Shown: in pieces, positions 14,431 to 27,392 of the stretch
Numbering within the stretch: position 1 is the first letter of the stretch
How the letters are laid out: each line of letters starts with the position of its first letter
DNA from: Octopus vulgaris
Taxonomy: Eukaryota
Reading direction: 5' to 3'
Assembly (NCBI GenBank): GCA_951406725.2
Contig: OX597818.1
Coordinates: forward strand, 112,902,001 to 112,966,000
DNA: 64,000 nucleotides
Made by a program: the position numbers and the translations under genes
Notes under the pieces: model-generated
Told to the model about the DNA's origin: nothing
The model's database searches: none
Seen by the model: only the letters and a program-made list of their open reading frames with translations

Positions 14431-14861
14431 GCCTGACTTCTCCAGAGATTCAAATTACGAAATGTGATTCAGAGGAAAGTATTCAGCGAAGAAGTGCTGC
14501 GCAAATTCACCATGAACTTGAATTACGAACGGAAACGTTTTGTTTTCTAGTTATCCATTGAAACAAACAGCTGCGCTTTTCAAGCTCTCTATTTAAGCAA
14601 ACACAGAAATACAACATCATATAAACAGTGTTTATTCGATAAAGTTATGTCGGTTTTTCAGAATTCGTTCTTTTAGAGGTTTTACCCCCTCCTTAGTCAG
14701 AGTTTCGGACATTAACATAATTTCAATAAACCAATAATTAATTTTGCATCTTGCATATTTTTACTCTAAACAGAATCGTAATTTTCCGTTCAAATACACA
14801 CAAAACACTCATTGTTTTTCATTTGTCTGTATTCTTCCTATCTTTCCGCCTTCCATATATT

Positions 14862-14918
<57 letters not shown>

Positions 14919-14923
<5 letters not shown>

Positions 14924-15070
14924 GTAAGTATCATGCTTACGAACTACATGGTTACGGCTTCAGTCCCACTGCGTGGCACCCTGGGGAAAGTGTCTTCTGC
15001 TTTAGCCTCGGGCCAACCAAAGACTTGTGAGTGGATTGGTAGACGGAAAATGAAAGAAGCCCGTCGTATG

Positions 15071-15148
<78 letters not shown>

Positions 15149-15387
15149 CGTGCGTGTGTGTGTATGTGTGTGTGTATATGTTGTGTGTATGTGTTTGTTC
15201 CCCCAACATCGCTTGACAACCGATTCTGGTGTGTTTACGTCCCCATAACTTAGCGGTTCGGCAAAAAAGACCGATAGAATAAGTACTAAGCTTACAAAGA
15301 ATAAGTCCTGGGGTCGATTTGCTCGACTAAAAGTGGTGCTCTAGCATGGCCACAGTCAAATGACTGAAACAAATAAAAGAGTAAAAG
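14919..15387 (+). mobile_element. SINE family A with internal (TA)/(TG)n
   Basis: Complete body and (AAAAGAGT)-type tail. The extreme 5' end is replaced by (CT)n. Confidence 0.9.
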
Positions 15388-15399
15388 TGTATATAAATA

Positions 15400-15430
<31 letters not shown>

Positions 15431-15509
15431 GGAGAGAGAGAGAGACAGAGAGAGAGAAAGAAGGAAAGAAATTCACACACACACACACACGCACACACAC
15501 ACATACTGG

Positions 15510-15660
15510 CAATGTGATAAGGCGTTTGTTGCACCCACTCTTGACAGTCTGTGCTGGTTTGTTTACGTTACCTAAGAGTTCGGCAAAAATGCCTGATAGA
15601 ATAAGTACCAGAGTTAGAAAAAATAAGTCCTGGGCTCGCTTCATTCGAGTAAAAACTTCA
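15510..15660 (+). mobile_element. SINE family A 3' fragment
   Basis: TTGACAGTCTGTGCTGGTTTGTTTACGT...GTTCGGCAAAA...GATAGAATAAGTACC...AATAAGTCCTGGG. Confidence 0.7.
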
Positions 15661-15792
15661 AGCCGATCCTCCAACATAGATCCTCAAACGATACAACATA
15701 GAAAATAAAGCATAAATGTATATACATGTATATAGAATATATATCGTACCTCCCCATTTTGCTGAATCAGCTATTGATGGACATGAAAAATG

Positions 15793-15891
15793 CTATACAC
15801 TGATAGTTGGGATCGAGCGAAACCATCCAGTGATGGAGTAGTCACCACTGAGGCGTTTTAATTCGAAGCGAAACCAGTCTAGTATAGTGAC
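15793..15891 (+). ncRNA. Two adjacent decayed hammerhead-like motifs
   Basis: CTGATAG..GAGCGAAA CCATC-CAGT-GATGG is followed directly by GTCACCA CTGAGGC GTTTT-AATTC-GAAGC GAAA CCAGTCTAG TA TAGTGAC. Confidence 0.5.
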
Positions 15892-16029
15892 CTCGCACGA
15901 CGTGGGACAGTTATCTCCCCTGTCCGCATATAGACACGAGCCTCCTGCGGCTATGAGGGCGTTTAGGTCTTATTTCTAGCAATGCATGTGCTACACTGCC
16001 TCGCCAGTCACAGATAGTGACACCTGCAT

Positions 16030-16084
<55 letters not shown>

Positions 16085-16087
16085 CAT

Positions 16088-16500
16088 ATTCTTGTATTCT
16101 TTTACTTGCTTCAGTCATTTGACTGCGGCCATGCTGGAGCACCACGTTTAGTCGAACAAATTGACCCCAGGGCTTAGTCTTTGTAAGCCTAGTACTAATT
16201 CTATCGCTCTATTTTGCCGAACCGCTAAGTGACGGGGACGTAAACAAAACAACATCAGTTGACAAGCAATTGTGGGGGTAAGAAACACAGACACAAATAA
16301 CAAAGACACACAGACACACACACGCACACACACATATACATATATATATATATACGACGAGCTTGTTTCATTTTTCCGTTGGCCAAATCCATTCACAAGG
16401 CTTTGGTCAGCCCAAGGCTGCAGTAGAAGACACTTGCCCAACGAACACAGAACCATGTGGTTGGGAAGCAAGTCTCTTACCATACAGCCACCCCTTCGCC
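16088..16500 (-). mobile_element. SINE family A
   Basis: Tail, body, internal microsatellite and head are present, with a small deletion near the B box. Confidence 0.9.
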
Positions 16501-17194
16501 TGTATGCATATATAGTTTCTATATCTGCATTTAATATTCGACAATGAATATTTTAACTTTTGTTTTTGTATAGTTTCCCTACCAGTGCCTATTCTGTCTG
16601 TTGTACTGAAAATTGCTTTGTTTCATTTCACAAAAATATAAAACATCTACAAGGAAAACGATACAATAAATTTTGCTTCTAAATTGATATCATGAAATCT
16701 TGCGTTTTACAATTGTGTGCACGTATGATAATAAACCTGTTAGAAGTATCGGAATTCTTTCAAATTGCACATAGCCGCTTCTTCGATTTCTGTCTAATTT
16801 GAAGTCTGCGCATTAAAATAATAATATACTAGTTTTTACACCCACATTCATTCTCTCATTAAACCATAATCATAAATGAATATTCAAAGTATAGGAATGG
16901 TGTTAGTTCTATAGTTCTATGTAAATACGTAGTCTTTGTTCTGAGTTAACAATTCAAAACAAAATTATTTCCACTTAAATCAATATTTTAACAAATTAGA
17001 TTAGAATTCTGATCTTCCGTGGCATTTGAAAAGAGAACAGAGTATTTATAAATATTTAATATAACGAATTTATACGTTTATGGGGCATATCTTGAAACTA
17101 AAATGCTAAATTTGGAAATTATATTAGATAATACACAGTTGTTTTCACTTAAAAAATAATACTGTTTCAGTAAAAGTATAGTGTTATTGTAATT

Positions 17195-17463
17195 GTGGAG
17201 GCGCGTGGCTTAGTGGTTAGGGTGTCAGTGTCATGATCGTAAGATTGTGATTTCGATTCCTGGACCGGGCGGCGCGTTGTGTTCTTGAGCAAAACGTTTC
17301 ATTTCACATTGCTCCAGTCCGCTCACTTGGCATAAATGAGTAGCGCTGCGATGGACTGGCGTCCCGTCCGGCTGGGGAACACATAAGCCATTGACATCGG
17401 GAAACCAGGCCCATGAGCGTGCGTGGTTAGGCTTTAAAAGGGCGCATTTATTTCTTATTTATT
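17195..17463 (+). mobile_element. tRNA-derived SINE family C (Meta/V-like central domain), 13-bp TSD
   Basis: A box GGCTTAGTGGTTAGG, B box TTTCGATTCC, and the V-like motif CTGCGATGGACTGGCGTCCCGTCC. TSD TGTTATTGTAATT (17182-17194) / TGTTAATGTAATT (17464-17476). Confidence 0.9.
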
Positions 17464-17515
17464 TGTTAATGTAATTATTGGACGAGTAATATCTGTAGTA
17501 GTATGAAAGATACTG

Positions 17516-17719
17516 TTTTCAAATTTGAGCACAAGGCCAGCAATTTATGGGGAGTTGGTAAGTTGATTACATCGAAACCAGTGTAAACCTGGTACTTATT
17601 TTATTGACTCCGGAATTATGAAAGGCAATGCCGACCTCGGTAGTATTTGAAAGTAAAGACAGTTGACATGTCACTAATCATTTTCACCAGCTTGCTAATG
17701 ATTCTGCCAGCTCACTACC
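17516..17719 (-). mobile_element. SINE family B (decayed)
   Basis: CACAAGGCCAGCAATTT...GGTACTTATTTTATTGAC...ATTCTGCCAGCTCAC. Confidence 0.8.
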
Positions 17720-17737
17720 TAAATAAAAAATGATCTT

Positions 17738-17946
17738 AAATTTTTTTACAAGGCCAGCAATTTCAGGAGGGGCGGGGTGCTAGTCGATTACATCGAACAC
17801 AGTTTTCACCTAGTACTTTTTACCGACCCTAAAAGATGAAAGGCGAAAATCAATGCAAGTGGAATTCGAACACAGAATGTAATGACGGACGAAACGCCGC
17901 TAAGCATTTTCACCGGCACCTTAACGATTCTGCCAGCTCACCGCCG
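17738..17946 (-). mobile_element. SINE family B, tandem with the previous copy
   Basis: ACAAGGCCAGCAATTTC...GATGAAAGGCG...CTAAGCATTT...AACGATTCTGCCAGCTCACCGCC. Confidence 0.85.
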
Positions 17947-18200
17947 TAGTAGGGCAAAAAATATTAATATTTGAGTCAAGTGTTTTAAAAAGGAGATATA
18001 CAATATAATCAATAAGGAGAGGAACATGTTTTGCATATTTTACACAAATTTTATTGTATGCTTTACCTGTTCAGGAATTTAATAAAGCAAATTCTATGAA
18101 AACTAATTTACTGTTTCAAAAATACATATGCAATTTTAAATACGTTTCACAAGATGAGGAGTTCAAGTGGTTGGAGTATAATGTATGCGTATTTTATAAC

Positions 18201-18352
18201 CGGAGCAGATGTGGCTATGTGGTAAAAAGCGTGTTTCCCGACAACATGGTGCTCGGTTCAGTCTCACTCCTTGGCACTTTGAGCATGTGTCTTCTGCTAT
18301 AGCCTGGAGCCAATCAAAACCCTGGGACAGAATTTGCTAGACGGAAACTGAA

Positions 18353-18431
<79 letters not shown>

Positions 18432-18981
18432 TTAGAGGAAAAGTAGAACAAAAAACCAACGCAGAACGAGTATCTCAAGTCATTTACAATAATATATATA
18501 ATGAGGCATAGTGAATTTTAAATCTTACAGCTGTTTCTGGGGTATCCCAAGTGATTGGCTACCATGTCCGCACACTGGGTATTCTGTTGTTAAAGACAAG
18601 GTGAGTATGTATGAAGGTTATAGACGGACATTTTCAGTCTGTAAGGAATGAAATAGAATAAAATTTAAAAGTAGATATAAGAATATAAACAAGAGAATAA
18701 TAGTTCCCAGTTTATCTTTTTCCAGAGGGTATGGAGGTTGGTCCGTACTTCTGCGAACGTATAAGTCCATACGTATATAAGTCCCAGGTTAATCCAGGCA
18801 GTATTTTGTCAGTATTTTTAATAATACATACACATACATACACATACATATTTAGCGGTTTGTCAAAAGAGACCGAAAAAATAAGTGCTATGTCTACAAA
18901 GAATAAGTCCTGGGTTCGATTTGTTCGACCAAAGGCGGTGATCCTGTATGGCCGCAGTCAAATGACTAAAACAAATAAAAG
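18201..18981 (+). mobile_element. SINE family A split by a ~430-bp insertion in its internal microsatellite
   Basis: 5' half 18201-18354, (TA)(GA)n, unrelated DNA ~18430-18825, (CATA)n, then 3' half 18851-18981. Confidence 0.75.
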
Positions 18982-19121
18982 TCTAAAAGCATATCAAGAT
19001 ATATTATTCATTAAACTGAAGATCTGTTTCAAAACAACTCAAAAACCATGATTGTTCCCGGAAATACCATGTGCCGTTTTCTTTTGCACTCATAAATTCC
19101 ATTTCATACGTGTATATCTGT

Positions 19122-19540
19122 ATTCTCTTTTACTCTCTTTTACTTATTTCAGTCATTTGACTGCGGCAATGCTGGAGCACCGCCTTTAATCGAGCAACTC
19201 GACCCCGGGACTTATTCTTTTGTAAGCCCAGTACTTATTCTATCGGTCTCTTTGGCCGAACCGCTAAGTGGCGGGGACATAAACACACCAGCATCGGTTG
19301 TCAAGCAATGCTAGGGGGACAAACACAGACACACAAACATACACACGCATACATATATATATATATATATATATATACGACGGGCTTCATTCAGTTTCCG
19401 TCTACCAAATCCACTCACAAGGCTTTGGTAGGCCCGAGGCTATAGTAGAAGACATTTGCCCAAGGTGCCACGCAGTGGGACTGAACCCGGAACCATGTGA
19501 TTGGTAAACAAGCTACTTACCACACAGCCACTCCTGCGCA
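19122..19540 (-). mobile_element. SINE family A, full length, young
   Basis: GCGCAGGAGTGGCTGTGTGGTAAGTAGCTTG...CCGGGTTCAGTCCCACTGCGTGGCACC through to the tail AAGTAAAAGAGAGTAAAAGAGAAT. Confidence 0.95.
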
Positions 19541-19689
19541 TTCATGTATGTAAAAATATATAGACGACGAGCTCGATCTCTTATAACCAAAGAGAACTAC
19601 GATTCAAAACGTTAGAATGAACTGAATATGAAGGAGATCAAAATATAGAAATATCAGACGTTGGCGATTAAGAATTTGGCAATAAACTA

Positions 19690-20050
19690 AAATCTTCCCT
19701 AGCTTCAAATTTGCTACTTGTGCCTCAGCGACGTGACGTCAACAGCCTTAATCATTTTTATCGTTATTGATTCTGGAAGCGCTCTGATGAAATTCCTCTC
19801 TTAGTTCCAGTTCACTTTGTCTCATCTCACTTGACTTAAAACTCACAATCTTCTTCAAATTACTTCTTTCACGAATAAGGAAGCCTTTCAGCGGTTAAAC
19901 CATTTTCCCTCGAACTACCAGACTTCGGAATTCGTTTCCATCTTATTGTTTTCCTCCATTTTATGACCTGTACACTTAATGTCTAAAATAAATACATTCT
20001 TCTCACCTTAATTTCACCTTCATAAATCCTGTCATTAAGTGGCTTCTCGC
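19690..20050 (+). mobile_element. Decayed 3' end of a CR1/Jockey-group LINE
   Basis: Broken frames give QRRDV..L..F.RY...RSDEI..LVP ... FPRTTRL.NSFP...FP..YDL, the usual C-terminus after the RT domain. Confidence 0.55.
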
Positions 20051-20919
20051 TTATTTTGGAATATTCTATTAAACAATATATATACTTGTAGAATTAAAAA
20101 AGAAAGACCATATTGCTGCAGATTGAGACGATTCGTTCGGGAGATAAAACAATCTATTGGAATTGTGGTAATAATGAAAATAGGCAAGCTGGAAGACGAA
20201 CTTAGATATCGGTAAGATAATTGACGTAATTTCTACAAAAGTTGCATTAATTACAATTGAAGGGTCATACCTCATGAAAACGTATCTCATTGGAAATTAT
20301 AATAACCAAAAATAAGACGTGTGAAATGGATAATAGATACATAATAAGGAGTCCCTCTGTGTTTAAATATACTGAGAATAAAAAGCGGGTGCTTAAAAAT
20401 GAAGAGTCCCATTGGATAAGTTAGTGGATAAATTTAGTATTTTCGGTTGGCTTATGTGTTTGATTTCTAATCTCAGGTAGAATGGTACTATTCTTTCCTT
20501 ATTTTGGCAGCAGATCACCTGTCTTTAAAATGGTTTTCGTTGGAGTTGTGAGTGTTTATGTGGGAATTTTGTATTTTTCTGTATGTAAATATTTTAGGTT
20601 GGCTATTCATGGTTGAGTATGTTCTTCGTTGTTGGATTTGAGGTTGACTCAGTTTTATATTGTTGCTCCATGTGCTTCGTTTGGGTCTTTTCTGTGTATA
20701 TTTGTTTATATGTGTACTTGTAAGAAAAGAACTTATGCTATTTTATCAACCAGTAAAACATATATTTTTCAGTTTCGAAACGGCTACTTGAAGCTCGAAA
20801 CTTTTATCAGAGTAACTCACTGTAAACATTATTGGTAAGATTAAAAGAAAAATTATTCCCCTCACAAAAACCCATCTCTACTCATTCTTTCAATATACAT
20901 ACATATATATATATATATC

Positions 20920-22064
20920 GTAAAATGGGTTTGGCGAAGAGTAAATAATCCAATGTAAAGGAAAAGAAGACAAAGAAAATTCTTTAACGATATTTAACAA
21001 CCAAAACTAATGTTGGAATTGAAAGAATAAGCTGAATGATTTTCGAAACTTATATATTACCAGATATGGTTAAACTTATATGGGAGTTTTAGAAATGCAT
21101 TCCTATATTCAACGAGGAATTGCTGCTTCAACGGTAAGATGAGAGGAATGTAATGAGCTTCTTGGACCATAAGGGACATGAATAATGTGTATTTGCTGTC
21201 AAGTCAGAAATATTGTATTAGAAAATAGTAAGTATACACAGAGATATTTAGTCATCACTTACTTTATTTGCCACGACTTTACAATAGACATCGTCTGTAA
21301 AGAACATCATAATAGCTACAATACGTAAACTCTCAGACAATTCTAAGAAGAAATACAAAGAATATATTACATCTGAGTATTAAATATTTATTGCAAAATA
21401 TTCTAATGATCCACGCCATCAAGTAACTATAAAGCTGTGATGTAGGTAACAGATAATATGATTAGCAGGGCGACAAAATAATAGAAATTAGCAATAATTT
21501 TAAAAACTAAAATCGAACATTTTAAAGTAGCTTGTTAAGAAAATACATCTTATAAGTAAAGAAATTGGGTAGAGTGAAACTAGTTTAAATATTTAAAAAA
21601 AAAAGGAAACAAGTAACAGCTGGAAATTCTAACATTTAAACCTAAGGCAAAAGATTGATTGTATTTAACCACGATTTAATTAAGGTACACAGCAATAAGT
21701 CTAAGACAGAATGTGGAGCTACAAAAAATCCAGCAGAACAAAACTTAGAGAAAATCAATAAAAAGAAGGATCCAACGTAGGATCAATGATTATTTGTTAT
21801 AAAGCGTGCAGATAGAGATTTTGTCAGAGTATCAGGTGAGCAGAAGAATTCTCAGATGTAAATCCAGGAAAATGTTGAACCATTCGAAGGGAAGTTATTC
21901 TTTCGTAAAATGATTGAACGGATTGTGCCCTGTCCATCCATTATGATTGCTTTCACACAGCGAAAAGTGCATCCGGGCATTGACCATTTTTCAGCTTTGA
22001 AGGGTTATCTGATCACATTATATAATGAGTATATATATGTATATGTGTGTGTATATGTGTGTAT

Positions 22065-22135
<71 letters not shown>

Positions 22136-22760
22136 CGTATGTATGTATGCATGTATGTATGTAAGTATGTATGTATATTTGTGTGTGTGAGAGTGTGTGT
22201 ATATGTATACCTATGTATGTATGTATGTATGTATGTATGTATGTACTTATGTATGTATATATGTGTGTATCAGGTATAGTTTTCTTTCAAATATGGATGG
22301 ACAAGTTTTCAAGGAGATTAGAGCAGATCCTATATTTGCGTGCGAAAGTAGCAATGTGAGAAAAGAGAATTATTTTCAGAGCTAAAGCAAATCCTTTCTA
22401 ATGGAAATTAACAAAAACACATTCGCAATGTATCTCCTGAATATACAGAGAAATGAAAAGAAATATGAAAGCACATTGCTTCTGGGCACCCAATATTGAT
22501 CAAAAGAGAATTTACAAAGGAATATACCACTGCTGGATGTATCAGTGACTGTCGACTAAGCCGACATTATGGAATATGAGGAAATGCGGAATCCTGTATA
22601 TGACAGATGTATGAATTGCAATGAGCGTACATGTATGAGAAAGATACCTGAATATAAGGATTAGAAACTGAATCCATCTCCAGAACAGAATACTTGGAAA
22701 TAAAAGCAAGAAATGCATGGAAACAAAGAATTAGAATTCAAAGACTTACTTGCAAGCCAT
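20920..22760 (+). mobile_element. Heavily decayed R4/Dong-like LINE interrupted by microsatellite
   Basis: Scattered remnants include QQNK (~21730), MDGQ.F (~22293), HIASGHP.L (~22473) and EK..EYKD (~22637). Many stops and indels. Confidence 0.4.
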
Positions 22761-23619
22761 AACGAATATAGCCCTTCTCTGTATATACGTATTATACAGT
22801 ATTATCTAAATACAGCAGTAACCACAAAGGGATACTGAAACAAGGAATACAACGACAGCAGTTGTAGATGTGTTGGATTCTTATTGAGCCAATCTACACG
22901 GGTAACAATAACAATAGAAATAAATGTTTCACTTCATTTGCTACACGGGCCAAGGTAGGGCAAGTGTTTCATTGTCTGTGTGTTTGCGCAAGTGCGTGTA
23001 TGTGGACGAGTGCGCTCTGAATGCTGTTACTAGGGTGAAATCCGTTACGTATGTTCCGTTGTCTATTCGATGGTGACTAAACTCTGGAAGATCTAATACT
23101 CTAGGTTCTCATGAGCGTTTGTTTGAAAACTAAAAGGACCAGTGTAAGATCAGGTAAGCGAATAGATAAAGCTATATAAAAGACAACGATGATCAAACAA
23201 CCTGTGGACAAAGAGTTCCTTCAGTTAATAAAAGAGCACTATTTATGAACATTTTTGAAAGGATCAATAGGGTTTGGCAAGATGTCAGTTTAAAAGAACA
23301 ATATACTGTAGTAAACCGAAATCTAAATTATCAGAGATAACGTTGTTGTACAAAAAAAAAAATGAAAAAAATGACATCCAATCAATAAGAAAACTTTTGG
23401 AAATCTTAACAAGGTACTATATGCACTTGCTGCCACGCAATACGTTTCACTTGCGTTATTTGATTCTTCTTTTTAAGGTGTAAGTGTTCAATCTAGCGTC
23501 CAACATAGTAGGAGTTAAATGGTTGCATCCTCCGTACAGAATGATCGTTAGAAATATCATTAATAATATAAAAAGTGGTAACACAAAGTGTTCTATGTCA
23601 TGGCTTTAAAATGTGCATC

Positions 23620-23825
23620 AAGAGCCGGCAGAAATGTTAGCAAGCCGGACAAGTTACTTAGCGCAAATTCATCCGTAGTCAGGCTCTCAGTTCAAATTCC
23701 TCCGTGGCCGACTTTGTCTTTCATCCTTTTGGGGCCGATGAAATAAGTATCTGTGAGAGTCCCAGGTTCGATGTAATCATCTTAACTTTCCTCTTGACAT
23801 CTCTGGCCTTGTGCCAAATGTTGAA
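23620..23825 (+). mobile_element. SINE family B
   Basis: GAGCCGGCAGAAATGTTAGC...CAGTTCAAATTCC...GACTTTGTCTTTCATCC...GGCCTTGTGCCAAA. Confidence 0.85.
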
Positions 23826-25309
23826 GCTATAATTATAGTGATGATGGTGTTTTATGCTACACCACTTGACAATATGACAAAGCTTCGATAGGAAAATTGA
23901 TAGCAAATAAGAATGAATTATAGCGAGGGAAGATGTATCAATGCCAAGAGATAATCTTTATGTAGAAACTGCGTTATTAGCCTTGAGAGATCCTCTCTTA
24001 TAGGCGTCTGTTGCATAAAAGCTCACACACAGGACGTAGTTGACTAGAATCCACTGTTATGGGAGCGGGATTTCCCATATTACGTGATTTCGGTCTACTA
24101 CTGGACCATCTCAGTTGAATGCCCCGGCCACTGCTTGCCAGTCAAACATGGCTACCACGATATTTAGAATACCAAAATCTTTTGCGACGTTGATGTGATT
24201 GATCCTTAGAAAAACATTAAAGATGCTATTTAATATTGTTCCCCAAAATGTACCTAACTTTTAAACTAGCATCTGACATATCTACATCGACTATGTTTGG
24301 TTGAAATGTTGCAAATCAATTGTATCCGGAAGAACGAAATACTTAACAGGCATTTGCAGGAAATTTTCAAAGCTGAAAATTAAACACAAATGTGCAGAAA
24401 ACAGGTATAAATTGGAAGTAAATAATTCTCACGAAATTAGAATATTTTTTTTATAAATCATAGCAGCAAATATAAGACTTACAAACCGCATTTTATCTAA
24501 GACTCGATAACACAAAGAAATTTCCATAGTGACATCATAAAGATGTTCCTTATTCCGTAGACTATAATTTAATTTGATAGAATCTAATAAAGTTCAATTT
24601 ATTATTGCTTAATCACATTTTTGTACCTAGTTGTTGTACAAAATCAATGAGATATACATTTTGAGCTAATTTAAATCTAGGGCTCACTTTCGTCCTTAAA
24701 CCTAAGATCAGAATGGGATTAAACACCCATATCACGTCTCTAAATATCCACCTCACTTCGGTTTCATATCTTAAACCAAAATAAAATAGGACAATACTTT
24801 TGCCGCGCATAAATAAAATCAGTTTTCTTCGAACCACATTGGTGGGCAGAGCATGAATGAAAGTGCATAGCTGAAAGTAGAAAGTTCCAAATGAAAATGC
24901 ATATTCACCGTGCAAAAAAAAAAACGCAGGTCGGTCGTATGAACCAATTATGCTGCATAATCAATTGTATAAATAAAGACTAAAATATGGCGATGTACCA
25001 ATCGAAAATATTCATAATGCATTGAGCTGATCCCAGGATCTGCCCATCGGAAAAATTACAGTTGTAATCTTAGGTGTTTCTTACAACTCGATGCAGTTAG
25101 CTTGAAGTAGGACTATATCCGGGTGCTCATATATATATGATTGGAAACCGAGAGGAGAGTGGCGATTTATTCACTTCCAAAATTTTTATTAAAAAGTTTT
25201 CTGCTGCTTATATAATAATGACCAACATATGTTTCTGCTGCAGCAATTGCACATTGCCCAGTATGCAATTAGTCTTCCTAGTCGCTCGCTGCAGCTTCAT
25301 CAAGGATCC

Positions 25310-25345
<36 letters not shown>

Positions 25346-26132
25346 ATATATGGAAAAACAAGTCAAGATAGAAAATGCTAAAATAATTTTATAAAGAACA
25401 TTTCTGTACCGGTTTCAGTCATTTTGAGACCTTTTCAACTGTAACTATTAAATAATTAAATTTAGAAAAATTAAAAGAAAAGTTTTTTTAAAAGAATATT
25501 TGTATAGTGTTCAAATACAAGTGGCATTTTCCTTGTTTCTGCCTTTCTCTGTCTCTCTTGTTTACTCCTGTGGCTTCAAAGTCCATGTGAATTCTTGGTA
25601 GGGAAGAAGAAGAAGGAGGAGGGGGAGAAGGGGATGAAGAATTTGGGATTGAATTGATTGTCGTTGGTTTGTTTATAGAATTTGCGTAGGTCTTATACTA
25701 AAAATTATAACACCTACGCAAATTCTATAAACAAACCTTTCAATAGAAATATTTTCATGAATTGAACAGCAGGAACTGCTAGCCACCACTGACCAACGAC
25801 AATCAAGGCAATCCCAAATTCTTCCTCCCTTTCTCCCGCTTCTCCTCCTCCTCCTCCTCCTCCTTCTTCTTCTTCCCTAACTAGAATTAACATGGACCTT
25901 GAACCCACAAGAGTAAACAAGAGAGACAGAGAAAAGCAGAAACTAGGAAAATGCCACTTGTATTTGAACACTATACAAATATTCGTTTAAAAAAACTTTT
26001 CTTTTAATTTTTCTAAATTTAATTATTTAATCGTTACAGTTGACAATGTCACAAATGAATGAAACCGGTACTGAAATGTTCTTTATAAAATTATTTTAGC
26101 ATTTTCTATCTTGACTTGTTTTTCCATATATA
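25346..26132. mobile_element. Fold-back element (arms 25346-25691 and 25712-26132) with an HHR-like motif in each arm, next to (TA)n
   Basis: The arms are imperfect reverse complements, with ~55 extra bp in the right arm and a 20-bp spacer. HHR-like motifs lie at 25404-25441 (-) and 26037-26073 (+). Confidence 0.85.
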
Positions 26133-27051
26133 TCAACTCGTGTGTCCCTTGTCATCCTTATACATATATATATATATATATATATATTAGAAGGTTTGGA
26201 GATGATGTATAGGTATTATATATTAGAAGAAATGAGGTACCCAGAAATTTGGATGGTTTTTATATTTACAGATATTTATTAGTATGTTACATGTTTTTAG
26301 ATCTAGGGTTCACTTTCAAATAATAGCATTTCGTAAATCAAAACCATAATCAAAGTGATGGTTAAGTGTTAAAGACCAGTTATACTCGTACCTCACCTAA
26401 TTTCATATCCAATCTACTTTCATAGTCTTTAACGTGACAGATGTTGCACGAATGTGCTTTAACTCCACTCATTTATTTCACATGATCCTGACTTTCTTTC
26501 TGATGTACTGAACTAGTATTTATATATTTGGCAAAAGTATTCATTGAGTCAGTGAAAGAAATTCTTATCTGCAACTATTTGTCAATAAAAGGACGCAACA
26601 TTGGGTTGACAGTTCAAAACAAAGTAAAAATTTCACATCCAGTCACACAAAATGAAAGCATACGAACTCTTTGGCAACGATGTGTACAATTCCTATTTCT
26701 GTTCTCTAACATGCATTTGGAAAACTACCAGAAGTTTGGACCGACTTCAACTATTTTTGGTATCAGCGGTCTCACTGCTTTTGCCTTTGAGAAGAATTCA
26801 TTTATTTCCACACATTTTCTTAATAAATCTTTGGAAATCAATTCTCCGATAACCTTCCGTGAGAATCAGTTATCGCTGATGTTAATTTAGTTGTAGTTCT
26901 TACTGCTTCGGCTGCTGCTGCTGCTTTTGTATTACCGTTTGTTTTCAATGTCCTCAGCTGCTTTCTTAATTGTATCACTTTGTGCAGTTGTTGATTTCTA
27001 CTCGTAGATTTTTGTCTGTAGGTTATTCTTAACATATCGAATGCTGCGGTT

Positions 27052-27392
27052 GATTGTTGTTGTTGTTGTTAAGCAACAAGACAGGTAAGGGTGATTGCAC
27101 TGCGTCCGTTCTGTGGGTTGGGAGACGTCTGGCAGGTCGGGAGCAGAAGTCCACTTTTCCCAGATCCGAAGGACTAGGAAAGGGTCACTGGCCAGAGTGT
27201 CTGGCATTTGAGGCGAGCGATGGATCCGTGGACAGTCATAGATGACATGCTCCACCGTCTCCTCTCCCACTCCGCACTTTCTGCGGGTTCTGTCTATGCC
27301 TCAGTCGATCTTGTAGAGCCAGTACTTGAGGTCCGGGTGATGACCACTTCTAAGTCTGCTGAGTGTTACCTGCTGCTGCTTAGTTAGAGACG
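27052..27392 (-). mobile_element. 5'-truncated I/Ingi-like LINE 3' end with (CAA)n tail
   Basis: Minus strand gives LTKQQQVTLSRLRSGHHPDLKYWLYK..RKCGVGEETVEHVIYDCPR (degenerate CCHC knuckle), then a short UTR and (CAA)n. Confidence 0.75.
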
